This document shows positions 43,973-53,426 of a DNA stretch of 64,000 bases, piece after piece. Source of the DNA: a virus; IMG/VR virus record IMGVR_UViG_3300029454_000001, positions 14,344 to 78,343 of that record. One strand, given 5' to 3'. A program made the position numbers and the translations under genes. Positions within the stretch are counted from its first letter, which is position 1; every line of letters starts with the position of its first letter. Below the pieces are notes generated by a model. The model had not been told where the DNA came from, did not search any database, and worked only from the letters and a program-made list of their open reading frames with translations.

Positions 43973-44185
43973 TCACAACAAATCAAATATATTGACCTGT
44001 CCATCAATCTGAGATTCTTCCAGATTGTAAAATTTGCAAGCTATATAATCTGGGTTCCAATCAATTTCCAGTTCGTATTGTAAACACCGCGGATGCTTAC
44101 CACCACGGAAGAATCTGCATTCCGAACAGGTATGCTGATAAGCTGTACCGCCAGATCGCTTATACATTTCGCTTATCTTCCTCAT
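43973..44185 (-). CDS. Cys-containing hypothetical protein
   Basis: 70 aa; CSECRFF..HPRC. Confidence 0.4.
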   Translation of the reverse strand: MRKISEMYKRSGGTAYQHTCSECRFFRGGKHPRCLQYELEIDWNPDYIACKFYNLEESQIDGQVNIFDLL

Positions 44186-44424
44186 AGAATCACTCGCTTT
44201 ACTCTTGACTTTCCTCTCACTTTCTTCTTGAAGATACCATTTTTAACACAATCCCTCGGATCACATCCTCTGCTATGTTCTTCGATCAAGATATAATCAC
44301 AGGTTGCATTTGTACTCCATGCATTTTCGCTCTTGCTGTAATAGTCGCATTTTGAGCATTGTCTCCGCTTTAAGCCTATAATTTCAGTGCTTTTTAATTC
44401 TCTCCATGGTTTTCTATCTGGCAT
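44182..44424 (-). CDS. Cys-rich hypothetical protein
   Basis: Start moved to ATG 44424 (MPDRKPW) behind GGGAGGTG; the longer ORF-track version overlaps the loader gene. Confidence 0.45.
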   Translation of the reverse strand: MPDRKPWRELKSTEIIGLKRRQCSKCDYYSKSENAWSTNATCDYILIEEHSRGCDPRDCVKNGIFKKKVRGKSRVKRVIL

Positions 44425-44954
44425 TTTTCCGCACCTCCCAATCTGGCAGTATCTATAATTTTTAAAAGGTCTGGACTTAGTTTTCTTCGTTCCTGTTCTC
44501 TCTGCACTTCTGCCCGATACGTCCTTTGAAAATTTGACTGAACTACACTCCACCATGTACCATCCACATTTTCAGATACCGCCCATTCTCTAAGTTGTGC
44601 CGGACTTGATACTGCTTTCTGAATGATTTTTGGAAGCTTATCAAACTCTGCTTCTGCATATAATGCAGAGCTTTGAATGGCTCTGCGTACCTTTTCCCAT
44701 GCTTCCGTTTCATTCAGCTCTTCTTTTTGTGTCTGAAGGCTCTGCGCGCATTGCCGTAATGCAGCTATTGTAGGTTCTTTCCATTCAGTTTGCATATATT
44801 TCTTCAACCCAAAACTTAAAAGCTTGTAATCTATGTCTTTCAAAAGTCCATACCATGTATCAAAAGCATTCTGATCTGGCAGAAATGATGGAGAAGTGTA
44901 CACAGCTTTCATTGCCTTTACCAGTACCGCCCATTCTTCCCTTGTCATACCCAA
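44394..44954 (-). CDS. G39P-like helicase loader/inhibitor
   Basis: EEWAVLVKAMKAVYTSPSFLPDQNAFDTWYGLLKDIDYKLLSFGLKKY resembles the phage G40P loader family; follows the replisome organizer. Confidence 0.5.
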   Translation of the reverse strand: MGMTREEWAVLVKAMKAVYTSPSFLPDQNAFDTWYGLLKDIDYKLLSFGLKKYMQTEWKEPTIAALRQCAQSLQTQKEELNETEAWEKVRRAIQSSALYAEAEFDKLPKIIQKAVSSPAQLREWAVSENVDGTWWSVVQSNFQRTYRAEVQREQERRKLSPDLLKIIDTARLGGAEKCQIENHGEN

Positions 44955-45874
44955 TTATCTACCTCGCTTACCCTGTTTTGAATTTTCTCCATGTAGCTGC
45001 ACGGTCTATTCGTAGACTTGTCTGCGTATTGCCCTTCAAATACTTTTGCGAAATTTCCAGGCTTTAAGAACCAGTCAAACGTAACCATCCAGCCATTTTT
45101 ATTCTGCCCTTGCAAGAAACTACTATGGCGAATGTTCTCAATGGCTTCTAAGATATCATCTATATGGTTCTGACGGATTCTGGCTTTCACCGCTTGTTCT
45201 CGTTTTGGTGTCATTCTTTTTACAGGAGTGATACCAAATTCTTCCAGAGTATTCCATTCATCAATGATTCGTTGGACGTCAGTCTGACGAATAGTATCTT
45301 TAGATACTATTAAATCATTTATATCTTTTTCTTTATCTTTATCTAATTCTGTATCTAAATCTAATTCTAAATCTTTATCTTTATTCTTATTCTGTTCCGT
45401 TACAGTAATGTTACTGTAACGTTTCTGTAACGTTACATCATCTTTCTTGCAAAGCAATGCGGCCTTATTTTTTTGACGTTCACGATATTCTGCAACCCTT
45501 TTTCTGTTTTGATCTCGTATTTTCTCCAATTCGTCTGCACTTTGATGCTCTTCCCAGCCGGGAATAGAAAGCAATTCAGAATCTCTGGTAATCATCCCGA
45601 ACTTTTCCAGAACTGTTAATGCTAATTGAATAATGCTTTCCTCAAAATCCAATTCATCTGCAAGCATTTTTGTTGTGTATGGAATATTTTCAGTGAGGAA
45701 AATAATTCCGTTTGAATTGCATCTGCCAGCCATTGTCAAAAGCATTACCCAAATAAGAACAATATTGTTTCCCTCTGGCATTTTCCTTATTTGCTTAATT
45801 TTTCGGTTGCTAAACATTTCAATCTCAATTTTAATCCAGCTTACTTTAGCCATTAATGTAATTGCCTCCTCCAA
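44945..45874 (-). CDS. phage replisome organizer (N-domain) with DnaD-like C-terminus
   Basis: WIKIEIEMFSNRKIKQIRKMPEGNNIVLIWVMLLTMAGRCNSNGIIFL is typical of the replisome-organizer N-domain. Confidence 0.7.
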   Translation of the reverse strand: MEEAITLMAKVSWIKIEIEMFSNRKIKQIRKMPEGNNIVLIWVMLLTMAGRCNSNGIIFLTENIPYTTKMLADELDFEESIIQLALTVLEKFGMITRDSELLSIPGWEEHQSADELEKIRDQNRKRVAEYRERQKNKAALLCKKDDVTLQKRYSNITVTEQNKNKDKDLELDLDTELDKDKEKDINDLIVSKDTIRQTDVQRIIDEWNTLEEFGITPVKRMTPKREQAVKARIRQNHIDDILEAIENIRHSSFLQGQNKNGWMVTFDWFLKPGNFAKVFEGQYADKSTNRPCSYMEKIQNRVSEVDNWV

Positions 45875-45896
45875 TTCCTGGATTTTTCAAAAGTGT

Positions 45897-47018
45897 TTAT
45901 CTCAATTCAACTTCAATTCCATTGATTTTCAGTTCTCCATTTACCGGAATTACAAGAGATGGAACGCCGTTTATTTCTTTCAGTTCAATCAGAGCAATTT
46001 TATCTGGCTGGATGCAGATTGTTGCATCTGGTGTTACAATTTTTGCAGTTTTTGAATTGTGGATATTGTCAAGGGAAACAGGCTCATTACTGAAATACAT
46101 TTCCCAGTTTTCTTTAAAATCCGATAATTTCTCGCCTGGAATTCCGCAATATCCAAAAATCTGTTCCATTTCATCACATGATACGGTTATCATCTCCGGG
46201 CTATCTTTCTTCTGTTCTCTTACTTCCTGTAATGATTCAATCAGACTTTCCGTGAAATTGAATGTTGTATTTCCTTCGAAATTATTCATGATAAAATCTG
46301 AAAAGACATTGATCTCATTTCCCGGTATACGTGGAATTGGTGTGCCAAGAACATTTTCGATGAAGTCTGGATGAATATTCTTTATGTTTTTGTTGAAATA
46401 CAAGGTTCCATGAATATCAGTGCTTCTATCATTGAATACAGGGAATAAGAATCCTGTTTCTGGTCTTGAGACTACCCAATCACGAATTCTGTCTTTGATG
46501 TTATTTTCAGTCACATCATAGCTAAGACCTGCCTTTGAAAGATTCACCGGACAAATGCTGCACAGAATGTGTTCATAGATTTCTTCTGAAGAATCGTGCA
46601 TTTCAGTTCCATCAGAAGCCTTTCCAGGAATGTCATATACTGCATGAATGAGAACTATATAGTAATTTTCCGGATAATCATAATTTTCAATCACTTTATC
46701 ATAAAATTCATCCAAAAGCTCATCATCTTTAAGCTTACTTGCTCTGATTCGCATAAGAAATTCCTGTGTTCCACCCTCTTTTTCCTGTGCTAATGGAAAA
46801 TCAAAGTTCATAAGGTTCTTTCCAAGTCTGCCAGACATGGTTTTCTTGAAAATGTCAAAATACTTAAACATTTCTTCCTCTGGAAGGGAAAGGAAAGCTT
46901 CTTTAATTTTGGTTTTCTTATTTTTTTCTGCATCCACATAACAACCACAAATACGTGTAATGGAACAATTTGCTGGTGTAAACTGTTTCTTGATCTCTGC
47001 GATTTCTTTCTTATTCAT
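45897..47018 (-). CDS. DUF4317-like protein
   Basis: MNKKEIAEIKKQFTPANCSITRICGCYVD... pattern recognised as DUF4317. Confidence 0.55.
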   Translation of the reverse strand: MNKKEIAEIKKQFTPANCSITRICGCYVDAEKNKKTKIKEAFLSLPEEEMFKYFDIFKKTMSGRLGKNLMNFDFPLAQEKEGGTQEFLMRIRASKLKDDELLDEFYDKVIENYDYPENYYIVLIHAVYDIPGKASDGTEMHDSSEEIYEHILCSICPVNLSKAGLSYDVTENNIKDRIRDWVVSRPETGFLFPVFNDRSTDIHGTLYFNKNIKNIHPDFIENVLGTPIPRIPGNEINVFSDFIMNNFEGNTTFNFTESLIESLQEVREQKKDSPEMITVSCDEMEQIFGYCGIPGEKLSDFKENWEMYFSNEPVSLDNIHNSKTAKIVTPDATICIQPDKIALIELKEINGVPSLVIPVNGELKINGIEVELR

Positions 47019-47020
47019 GA

Positions 47021-47194
47021 TTAGTCCTCCGCTCCAAATATTTTTCTTAAATTGTTCTGGTAATTCTTCACTGTTTGTTCGATAGTGTTATAAGTTTGTC
47101 TTAATCTGCATCTTTCTTTGTAACCATCGCATATTGTTCCAAAAAGAATGGCATTCCGACATATCCCATCTTGACTAGCACAACATTTATTCAT
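47021..47194 (-). CDS. small Cys-rich protein (57 aa, below the ORF-track cutoff)
   Basis: MNKCCASQDGICRNAILFGTICDGYKERC..; ATGA overlap upstream; SD GGAGGAG. Confidence 0.45.
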   Translation of the reverse strand: MNKCCASQDGICRNAILFGTICDGYKERCRLRQTYNTIEQTVKNYQNNLRKIFGAED

Positions 47195-47406
47195 TTCTTC
47201 ATCTCCTCCAACTTCTTCTCTATCGGATTAATAATCTCTTCCAATGCCTGTTGCTCATAATTTTCTTTCCAGATTTTTTCTCTTTTCCAAAATGGAACTT
47301 TTTTAACCTTGTCGATTAAATCAATACACGCCATAGCTGTCAGTGTTCCCCAGCATCCGTCACATGCTCTTTCATTGCACCAGTTTACAAATTCTTTAAA
47401 TTTCAT
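47191..47406 (-). CDS. hypothetical protein
   Basis: 71-aa ORF in the tightly packed early operon. Confidence 0.4.
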   Translation of the reverse strand: MKFKEFVNWCNERACDGCWGTLTAMACIDLIDKVKKVPFWKREKIWKENYEQQALEEIINPIEKKLEEMKK

Positions 47407-47818
47407 TTTTGAACTCCTCCAACTTCTTCTCAGCTTCTTCGCGGGTGAGGAATACTAAAACATTTAATTCTCCGATCCATTCATCATGGTTTGCCCACAA
47501 AAACTGTTTACCATCTTTGCCGCATTCAATTCCGCTTACCACGTTTTCTCGAATATCCATTCCGTATATATCCCATACAGTTGTGCCAATAGGACACGGC
47601 AATCTCACAAGCAAGCCCTGTTCTTCTAAGTCTTTATAAGATTTCAGTTCCTCTAACCATTTCGCAAGCTGTTCGTGTTCTTCTGCACATTTTATACAAT
47701 TAGCCTTCATATAATTTTCTACAGAATCATTTGAGTCAAATTTTTCTGCGTCATTATAATTCATATCTGCTACTTCTTTTGCGTGTTTAATAGCTTCATC
47801 AAGTGTTAATCTCTCCAT
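47396..47818 (-). CDS. hypothetical protein
   Basis: 140-aa ORF in the early operon. Confidence 0.45.
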   Translation of the reverse strand: MERLTLDEAIKHAKEVADMNYNDAEKFDSNDSVENYMKANCIKCAEEHEQLAKWLEELKSYKDLEEQGLLVRLPCPIGTTVWDIYGMDIRENVVSGIECGKDGKQFLWANHDEWIGELNVLVFLTREEAEKKLEEFKNEI

Positions 47819-47823
47819 CTACT

Positions 47824-48036
47824 TCACCTCTTATATACAACCCACTTATCAGAACCTTTGAACTTTACCCTTATCTTTATCGGATGTCCATCACCAACCA
47901 TTCCATTTGGCTTATATTCACCAACAAATGCTGCTCCTTCCAATGACTTATGGCTTTTCTCGCATGCAATAGCCTTTTCTTTATCCGCATAGTTAGTATT
48001 ACAGATTTGACATGTATATAATATTTTCTTAATCAT
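47824..48036 (-). CDS. zinc-ribbon hypothetical protein
   Basis: CQICNTNY...ACEKSH. Confidence 0.4.
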   Translation of the reverse strand: MIKKILYTCQICNTNYADKEKAIACEKSHKSLEGAAFVGEYKPNGMVGDGHPIKIRVKFKGSDKWVVYKR

Positions 48037-48399
48037 CTACTTCACCTCTTCCATCTGACTTTCTACAGTATCTGCAAGTAATAGCATTGATTCAATAACT
48101 TTATCTGTTAATGACATTCTATATTTATTGTCAGCAAAATACTTAACGTGAGCTATTGCTTCCTTAATCTTTTCTTCGCACGCAACAATTTCGGATGTTT
48201 CATACAAGGGCTTATCATCACTGTAATAAGTTACATTTTTGCCATTGTAAAATTTTAACATATTCGGAATCGGAATATTCAGTGCATTTAAATGATTTCC
48301 TCCTTCCCACTTAAATCCCTGTAATTTTGCTATTTTCAGAACTTTCAAATACTCTTCCCGCGTTCTTACAAATATGTTTTTTCCTGTTAAATCAATCAT
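48037..48399 (-). CDS. hypothetical protein
   Basis: Start moved to ATG 48399 (ATGATTGA overlap, SD AGGAGGAA). Confidence 0.45.
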   Translation of the reverse strand: MIDLTGKNIFVRTREEYLKVLKIAKLQGFKWEGGNHLNALNIPIPNMLKFYNGKNVTYYSDDKPLYETSEIVACEEKIKEAIAHVKYFADNKYRMSLTDKVIESMLLLADTVESQMEEVK

Positions 48400-48652
48400 C
48401 AGAATTTCCTCCTGTAATCTCAGCCAAGCACTTATCATATCCATCTTTATATCCAAGGTCATAACCGCTTGTAATTTTTGGTGTTTTGATTTTGTCTGGT
48501 AACGGTCGCATTGGGCACCGCTCAGGTCTATCAGTTGAATTTTCAATTGTTTTACCAGTTATTAAACACTGAAATCTGTGATAGGTATAGCAAAACATAC
48601 AGCAACCCTCACAAGATTCTGGCGTATCAATCACCAATACTGATTTACTCAT
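48392..48652 (-). CDS. Cys-rich hypothetical protein
   Basis: 86 aa; CEGCCMFC. Confidence 0.4.
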   Translation of the reverse strand: MSKSVLVIDTPESCEGCCMFCYTYHRFQCLITGKTIENSTDRPERCPMRPLPDKIKTPKITSGYDLGYKDGYDKCLAEITGGNSDD

Positions 48653-48906
48653 TCAACTCCACCGCCTTTCACGATTCCTACCGCCCTGCTTAGTCCAGCA
48701 TTGTATCCTTGATGTACATCAGATAAGATACATTCGGATTCGATGAATTTATCTCTTTTCAATTCGCCAATAACCTTGTCCACATCAAAAGCTGTCGGCT
48801 GTTCGTCAACAGCTTCACATATAATTTCCGGGCTAAATGTTTCTCTCCCTGTGTTTAAAGAACTATTAATTGCTTCTTTCAGTTTATCTGCATTAATCAA
48901 CCTCAT
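48649..48906 (-). CDS. hypothetical protein
   Basis: Start moved to ATG 48906 (MRLINADKL) behind GGAGGAG. Confidence 0.4.
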   Translation of the reverse strand: MRLINADKLKEAINSSLNTGRETFSPEIICEAVDEQPTAFDVDKVIGELKRDKFIESECILSDVHQGYNAGLSRAVGIVKGGGVE

Positions 48907-49036
48907 AATCTTCACACTCCTCCGCATATTCATAACTGTCCATATCATCACATCTGCACTGGCAGGAATCCTGCTTAGTACAGCAGATGCAGCACTCTGT
49001 TTCACCGTCCGGGCGCTCTAATTTACATCTTCCCAT
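48893..49036 (-). CDS. small Cys-rich acidic protein
   Basis: MGRCKLERPDGETECCICCTKQDSCQCRCDD..; it fills the gap between neighbours, with overlapping start and stop. Confidence 0.4.
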   Translation of the reverse strand: MGRCKLERPDGETECCICCTKQDSCQCRCDDMDSYEYAEECEDYEVD

Positions 49037-49208
49037 TAATCCAGTCGCCCTCTTCTTCGAAATAAATGTATCTGCTGTTTTTCTTGACCGGCTTTGATGT
49101 ATCAATGCCATACTTTATCAGCAGACCTTTCCAAGATTTAAACTCTTTTAGCGTGACCTTGAATCTGGTGTAGGTCTTCCCGTCCTTTTTGAAAATTGAC
49201 ATTTCCAT
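49023..49208 (-). CDS. hypothetical protein
   Basis: Start ATG 49208 behind AAGGAGGA. Confidence 0.4.
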   Translation of the reverse strand: MEMSIFKKDGKTYTRFKVTLKEFKSWKGLLIKYGIDTSKPVKKNSRYIYFEEEGDWINGKM

Positions 49209-49210
49209 GT

Positions 49211-49531
49211 TTAATCCTCCTTGTATGGTTTCGGAAGAGGCTGCCATGCCGTGACGCCTTCACAGTTTAAATGCCACGAACCGTCTATACAATACCCAGT
49301 GCGAACGAATGTTGTTCCCCTTCTGGTTTTGCATGATACAAGAACCGTCGTATCACCTTCCGGCAATCTCTCACTGACAGGAATCCATCCGTTTTCTTTC
49401 TCGTCCTGTTCAAAATCATTTAGAAGAGTATTCACAATATCCAGCGCACTCCCTGGAAGCCCATGCTTATACTGTGATTTCTTTTCTATCTCAGCTTTGT
49501 ATTGTTCTAATCTGGTTCGTACTCTGCTCAT
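49211..49531 (-). CDS. DUF551-like protein
   Basis: GWIPVSERLPEGDTTVLVS...VTAWQPLPKPY. Confidence 0.5.
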   Translation of the reverse strand: MSRVRTRLEQYKAEIEKKSQYKHGLPGSALDIVNTLLNDFEQDEKENGWIPVSERLPEGDTTVLVSCKTRRGTTFVRTGYCIDGSWHLNCEGVTAWQPLPKPYKED

Positions 49532-49746
49532 ACAACCACCTCTTCAAAATGCTCATTTAGTATTTCTTGTGATATCTCAATCCATCTGTTAACATTTACT
49601 CCGTCAAGATGGATTTCTCCATCAATAATTTTTTCATTTCCTACTTCGTAAACTTCGCCAACCTCAATTTCCATGTATCCGTCAACGTAAAATCCATCAC
49701 CATCGTATGTATCTAACGTGAACGCTTTCACGCATTTATACTTCAT
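49528..49746 (-). CDS. hypothetical protein
   Basis: 72-aa ORF; overlapping start and stop. Confidence 0.4.
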   Translation of the reverse strand: MKYKCVKAFTLDTYDGDGFYVDGYMEIEVGEVYEVGNEKIIDGEIHLDGVNVNRWIEISQEILNEHFEEVVV

Positions 49747-50102
49747 GCTTCCACCTCGCTATCCTCTGGCATCTGGAACGTCATTCCTTTTTTGAGCATT
49801 TCTCCAAGTTCTCCCGCATGTGCTTTGTTTTCTTCCGTTTTTGGCTTCATACTTAATATCCTACATACTTCTGGAATTACATATTTTGTGTATTCCGAAT
49901 CTCCATAGGCTTCCTGAATCATATTCAGTACCTTCATGGCTTTTGCTTTGGTGGAATATTTTCCTAAAATAAAATATCCTCCACTTCTCTGTGCATCCTG
50001 CAAACTCCAACATATAACATTCAATGAATCTGATAGTTTTAGATTAACTACAATGTTTTCAAACTTTACCAATGCTGTTTTATCTTGACTTCTAATTAGC
50101 AT
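49743..50102 (-). CDS. hypothetical protein
   Basis: 119-aa ORF. Confidence 0.4.
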   Translation of the reverse strand: MLIRSQDKTALVKFENIVVNLKLSDSLNVICWSLQDAQRSGGYFILGKYSTKAKAMKVLNMIQEAYGDSEYTKYVIPEVCRILSMKPKTEENKAHAGELGEMLKKGMTFQMPEDSEVEA

Positions 50103-50473
50103 TCCGTGTCCTCCTGTTTCTTAAAATCCATCTTCAAATCATAAACAAACTGGCAAAGTTTCTCTGCCACCTCATCGGCGTTTTCTACATTTGCAAGCTG
50201 TCTAACATACTGCTTACCGCAGATAACACAAGCCAACTTTCTGATTGTTTCCCAGACCTGCCATGAGATAATGGAAGAATCAAAAGCAACCGTCATTAGA
50301 GAGCCTCTTCCGTTTCCTTTCTCATCTCTAAACCACTTTTCTCTCGGTGCTTTTAATGTGGTTGCAACATCTTCTCTGGTAAGACAACCTTTGTATTTCT
50401 CGTCCATGCGCTTTTCCAGTTCGTCCAGAAGTTCTTTCTTTTCCTGCTCTGTCATTTCGTCCTCACTTTCCAT
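50096..50473 (-). CDS. hypothetical protein
   Basis: 125-aa ORF. Confidence 0.4.
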   Translation of the reverse strand: MESEDEMTEQEKKELLDELEKRMDEKYKGCLTREDVATTLKAPREKWFRDEKGNGRGSLMTVAFDSSIISWQVWETIRKLACVICGKQYVRQLANVENADEVAEKLCQFVYDLKMDFKKQEDTEC

Positions 50474-50858
50474 ACCTTTTTAAAATCTCAGTAACTGTAT
50501 TAATGTGCTCTGACAGTGTATCTAAATCTTCATCTTTAATTACTCTCAGCCCACGTCTCGACTTAAAATCTTCAATGGCATATACACCATCTCTAATTTC
50601 ATTAAATTTCTTTGCCATTTTGCTTTCTTTTATAGCTTCGGAATCGTATTTGTAAAATGTCTCATATTTATCGTGCTCTCCGAACTTGTCGGTTACGATT
50701 TTGGTTCGTTTAGGAGTTATGCGAATAATTTTTGCCGGATACACCATGACGTGTCTAAAACTTGCTCCCCATCCGCACCGTACTTCTCTTGCAATTCCAA
50801 CCACATCTCCGACTTTTAAATCATCTTTATTTATCGGGTTTAATTTTCCTATTACCAT
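50463..50858 (-). CDS. hypothetical protein
   Basis: 131-aa ORF. Confidence 0.4.
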   Translation of the reverse strand: MVIGKLNPINKDDLKVGDVVGIAREVRCGWGASFRHVMVYPAKIIRITPKRTKIVTDKFGEHDKYETFYKYDSEAIKESKMAKKFNEIRDGVYAIEDFKSRRGLRVIKDEDLDTLSEHINTVTEILKRYGK

Positions 50859-50924
50859 CCTCTTATCATCCTCACTTTCCCCATGTAAGTAACTGACATG
50901 CTATTGTGCAGTTGGTACATGATT

Positions 50925-51815
50925 TTAATACTCAATAAAATCAGATAATTCCATCTGACCAACTATATTATTGTCTTGCATCCACCATAGATATACTTCT
51001 TCGCCACAACTCCACTTTGTATCTTTCCCACGCTGCTTGCGTTCTTCAATCATTCTGTCAAAAGAACGTATATATGCTTGCTTGTACTTTGGAAAATCAT
51101 ACATTTCCTTTTCTCTTTGTTTCTTTGAAGCAAGCGGACAGCCTAAACAACCTAATCGGTCATATCCGCATTGATATAGCTCACATACCTTAATATCTTT
51201 CTCACCAATGAACTGTCAGATATTCTGATCTGTCCAATCAATAATTGGATTGACTACTGTTTTTTCTTTCATCTGACAATTTTCGAATAACCTTCTAGTG
51301 TTATCATTGTCAGTGGTAAGCATTTTCTCATCAGAAACACCGATGCTTTTACTTGCTGTCTGCCCCAATACTTCAAATTGGCTTCTGTTACTTCTTTTTT
51401 TGCTTTCTGCCCATCGAACACCTGTTGCAATCAACCTGTTCGGATTACCGCCCTCTTTTAATTCTGAACAACAATACCGAACGATTCTAGTCGGTGGCAT
51501 TAGTTTTCTGGGAATGAGATTCCACATTGTAAGGCATTTTCCGTTTTTCTGAAGGTGATAGTCGATCTCGCATCTAATTCCATCTGCTGATAATTTATTG
51601 AAAGTGTCTTTGATATGTCTTACTGTCTGCGGCGCATCCACTGTGGTATGAGAATTATGTACCTCGAACGGGATTCCAGACATTTTGAACAGCCTAAGAA
51701 GCACATCTGAATCCTTTCCACCGGAATACTCACATACAAGTGGTTTGTTATAATGTTTCAACGAGAGATCAGACGCAAGCCGGATTCTTTCAATTGCTTT
51801 TTGTTCTAAATCCAT
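50925..51815 (-). pseudogene. PAPS-reductase/PP-loop family gene interrupted by a single in-frame TGA (read-through, recoded or recently inactivated)
   Basis: N-part (ORF track 51216..51815) carries the PP-loop EYSGGKDS. After TGA 51218-51216 the same frame runs 96 more codons (QFIGEKDIKVCELYQCGYDRLGCLGCPLA...) to TAA 50927-50925. Confidence 0.6.
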
Positions 51816-51820
51816 AATAT

Positions 51821-52207
51821 TTACACTCCAAATCTTCTAACTAATTCTTTATTCAAATCTGGGATTCTTACATCTGTTTCAGATTCCAATTCCTCAATCA
51901 TGCTCATAAAGCTTCTTTCGCCACGGTTCGCTTGTCCCACAAACTCATTTGCACAATTGATTACATCCAAAAGTCTTTTGGTTGAAAAGCCATGCAATTC
52001 CCGTAATGCCAACATAGTTGTTACCGTGTTAATTGTATTCGCCCAGTCATCACCAGTATTGAATCCATCGTTATAGGCTTGATCTTGCATGATTTCCAAC
52101 TCTTTACGTGAGTTCTGCATGGCTCTGGCGAATGCCTGTGACATTTGATTATCGCATTCCAACACCCTATTTTTCTTTGGTGCTTTCATCTTTAATTTGC
52201 TTCCCAT
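51821..52207 (-). CDS. hypothetical protein
   Basis: 128-aa ORF. Confidence 0.4.
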   Translation of the reverse strand: MGSKLKMKAPKKNRVLECDNQMSQAFARAMQNSRKELEIMQDQAYNDGFNTGDDWANTINTVTTMLALRELHGFSTKRLLDVINCANEFVGQANRGERSFMSMIEELESETDVRIPDLNKELVRRFGV

Positions 52208-52466
52208 ATTTTTTCCTTTCGTATCTGTATTCCGTCAAACGGTATGCTCTTGATACTCCCGGATGTTCTGTGGCAATCAGAGAATCCATCTCCAATTGCC
52301 GCATATGTCTCTGTACGGTACACTTTGTGAGGTCTGTTCCATCCATGATTTCTTCGTAAGAAGGCATGTATCCGTGTTTCTCAAAATACTTGACAAGAAA
52401 TCCGTAAATATCATTTCTTGCAGATTGTCCCTCATTATATTTCCTCTGACGGTAATTCATAGGCAA
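52167..52466 (-). CDS. LexA-N-like winged-helix DNA-binding protein (no peptidase domain)
   Basis: YGFLVKYFEKHGYMPSYEEIMDGTDLTKCTVQRHMRQLEMDSLI. Confidence 0.4.
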   Translation of the reverse strand: MPMNYRQRKYNEGQSARNDIYGFLVKYFEKHGYMPSYEEIMDGTDLTKCTVQRHMRQLEMDSLIATEHPGVSRAYRLTEYRYERKKYGKQIKDESTKEK

Positions 52467-52774
52467 AACGGATTTTCTTCCGCAGTATTGCTTTTTTCTG
52501 CACGCATTTTATTTAATCTTTCCGCAGCTTTCTTTTTCGCTTCATCGGAATATTTCCTTGGTGGATTGATTTTAATGTAGGAATACGGCAAGTGAGCGAA
52601 AATAGATCCATCATTATTTCTGGCAAAAATTTTCACATCATCTGGAAATTCCTTTTCTAATTCCTCACATCTGTTCTTCCAGGTACTCCCATTCTTAGCA
52701 GTAAGCCCTACATAATCTCTTCTTGGAATCCACTCAATTACGCATTCGTTTGTGTTTTCTGACACAAAACTCAC
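52457..52774 (-). CDS. hypothetical protein
   Basis: GTG start 6 nt after AGAGGTGA. Confidence 0.4.
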   Translation of the reverse strand: MSFVSENTNECVIEWIPRRDYVGLTAKNGSTWKNRCEELEKEFPDDVKIFARNNDGSIFAHLPYSYIKINPPRKYSDEAKKKAAERLNKMRAEKSNTAEENPFCL

Positions 52775-52838
52775 CTCTATTCATTTTTTTATTTTTTATC
52801 TTTGGAATTTAGCCAGTAGAACTACTGGTGTGTTAGAA

Positions 52839-53426
52839 TCAGTGATAGTTTTCTTCATTGAGTAAGTCGTTGAATTTTTCCAACGCCTTAATAGATACTT
52901 TGTTATTTGCTTTTTCTGGTTTGATTGATACTTTTAAGTGAGTATCAATGATGTGTTTTAGCTCTCTTGCAAGTGTTTTCTTGCCTTGCTGAAGTCCCTG
53001 TCTGTATGTCTTGGGCTGTTTATATTGCCCTGTTACTTGCTTTCCAGCTAACTGGCCACCAGCTGTAATGTTGTACATCTGGAAGCCTTTATCTGCAAAA
53101 GCCTTGATTGTTTCAATTTCTTTCTGGTCAAGTTCATCCTTTCTACATGTTCTATATGAAAGTTTCCATCCAGTAGGATTACTTTCACTGTAAAACTTAT
53201 GCTTTTTAAGGCTTAATGCTATATGGTCATATTCTGCTAAATGGCTCGCACATCTCTCACGAAGTCTAAGCGCTTGTCCCACGTAGCTGCGTCGAATCCC
53301 TGCTTCGTCTATCCTATAAAAAGCATATATGCCACTTGTATTTGGTATCGAAGGGCATATTGATTCAATCATTTTTTCTCTCGCATTTTTCATTGCATAT
53401 ATTTTTTTATAATTTACTTTTTGCAT
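52839..53426 (-). CDS. GIY-YIG endonuclease
   Basis: GIYAFYRIDEAGIRRSYVGQALRLRERCASH. Confidence 0.6.
   Translation of the reverse strand: MQKVNYKKIYAMKNAREKMIESICPSIPNTSGIYAFYRIDEAGIRRSYVGQALRLRERCASHLAEYDHIALSLKKHKFYSESNPTGWKLSYRTCRKDELDQKEIETIKAFADKGFQMYNITAGGQLAGKQVTGQYKQPKTYRQGLQQGKKTLARELKHIIDTHLKVSIKPEKANNKVSIKALEKFNDLLNEENYH

Noticed and set aside
44425-44556. Longer 124-aa version of ORF 44182..44556
   Set aside because: It overlaps the loader gene by 160 nt. An internal ATG at 44424 has a strong GGGAGGTG SD and restores normal gene packing.
51175-51245. Apparent pair of compensating one-base frameshifts in the PAPS-reductase-like gene, seen in my manual reading
   Set aside because: The ORF-track coordinates and product (…NPIIDWTDQNI, stop 51216-51218) argue against it, as does the absence of the 86-aa ORF that the alternative reading would generate. 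I attribute it to my own reading error, and it should be re-checked computationally.
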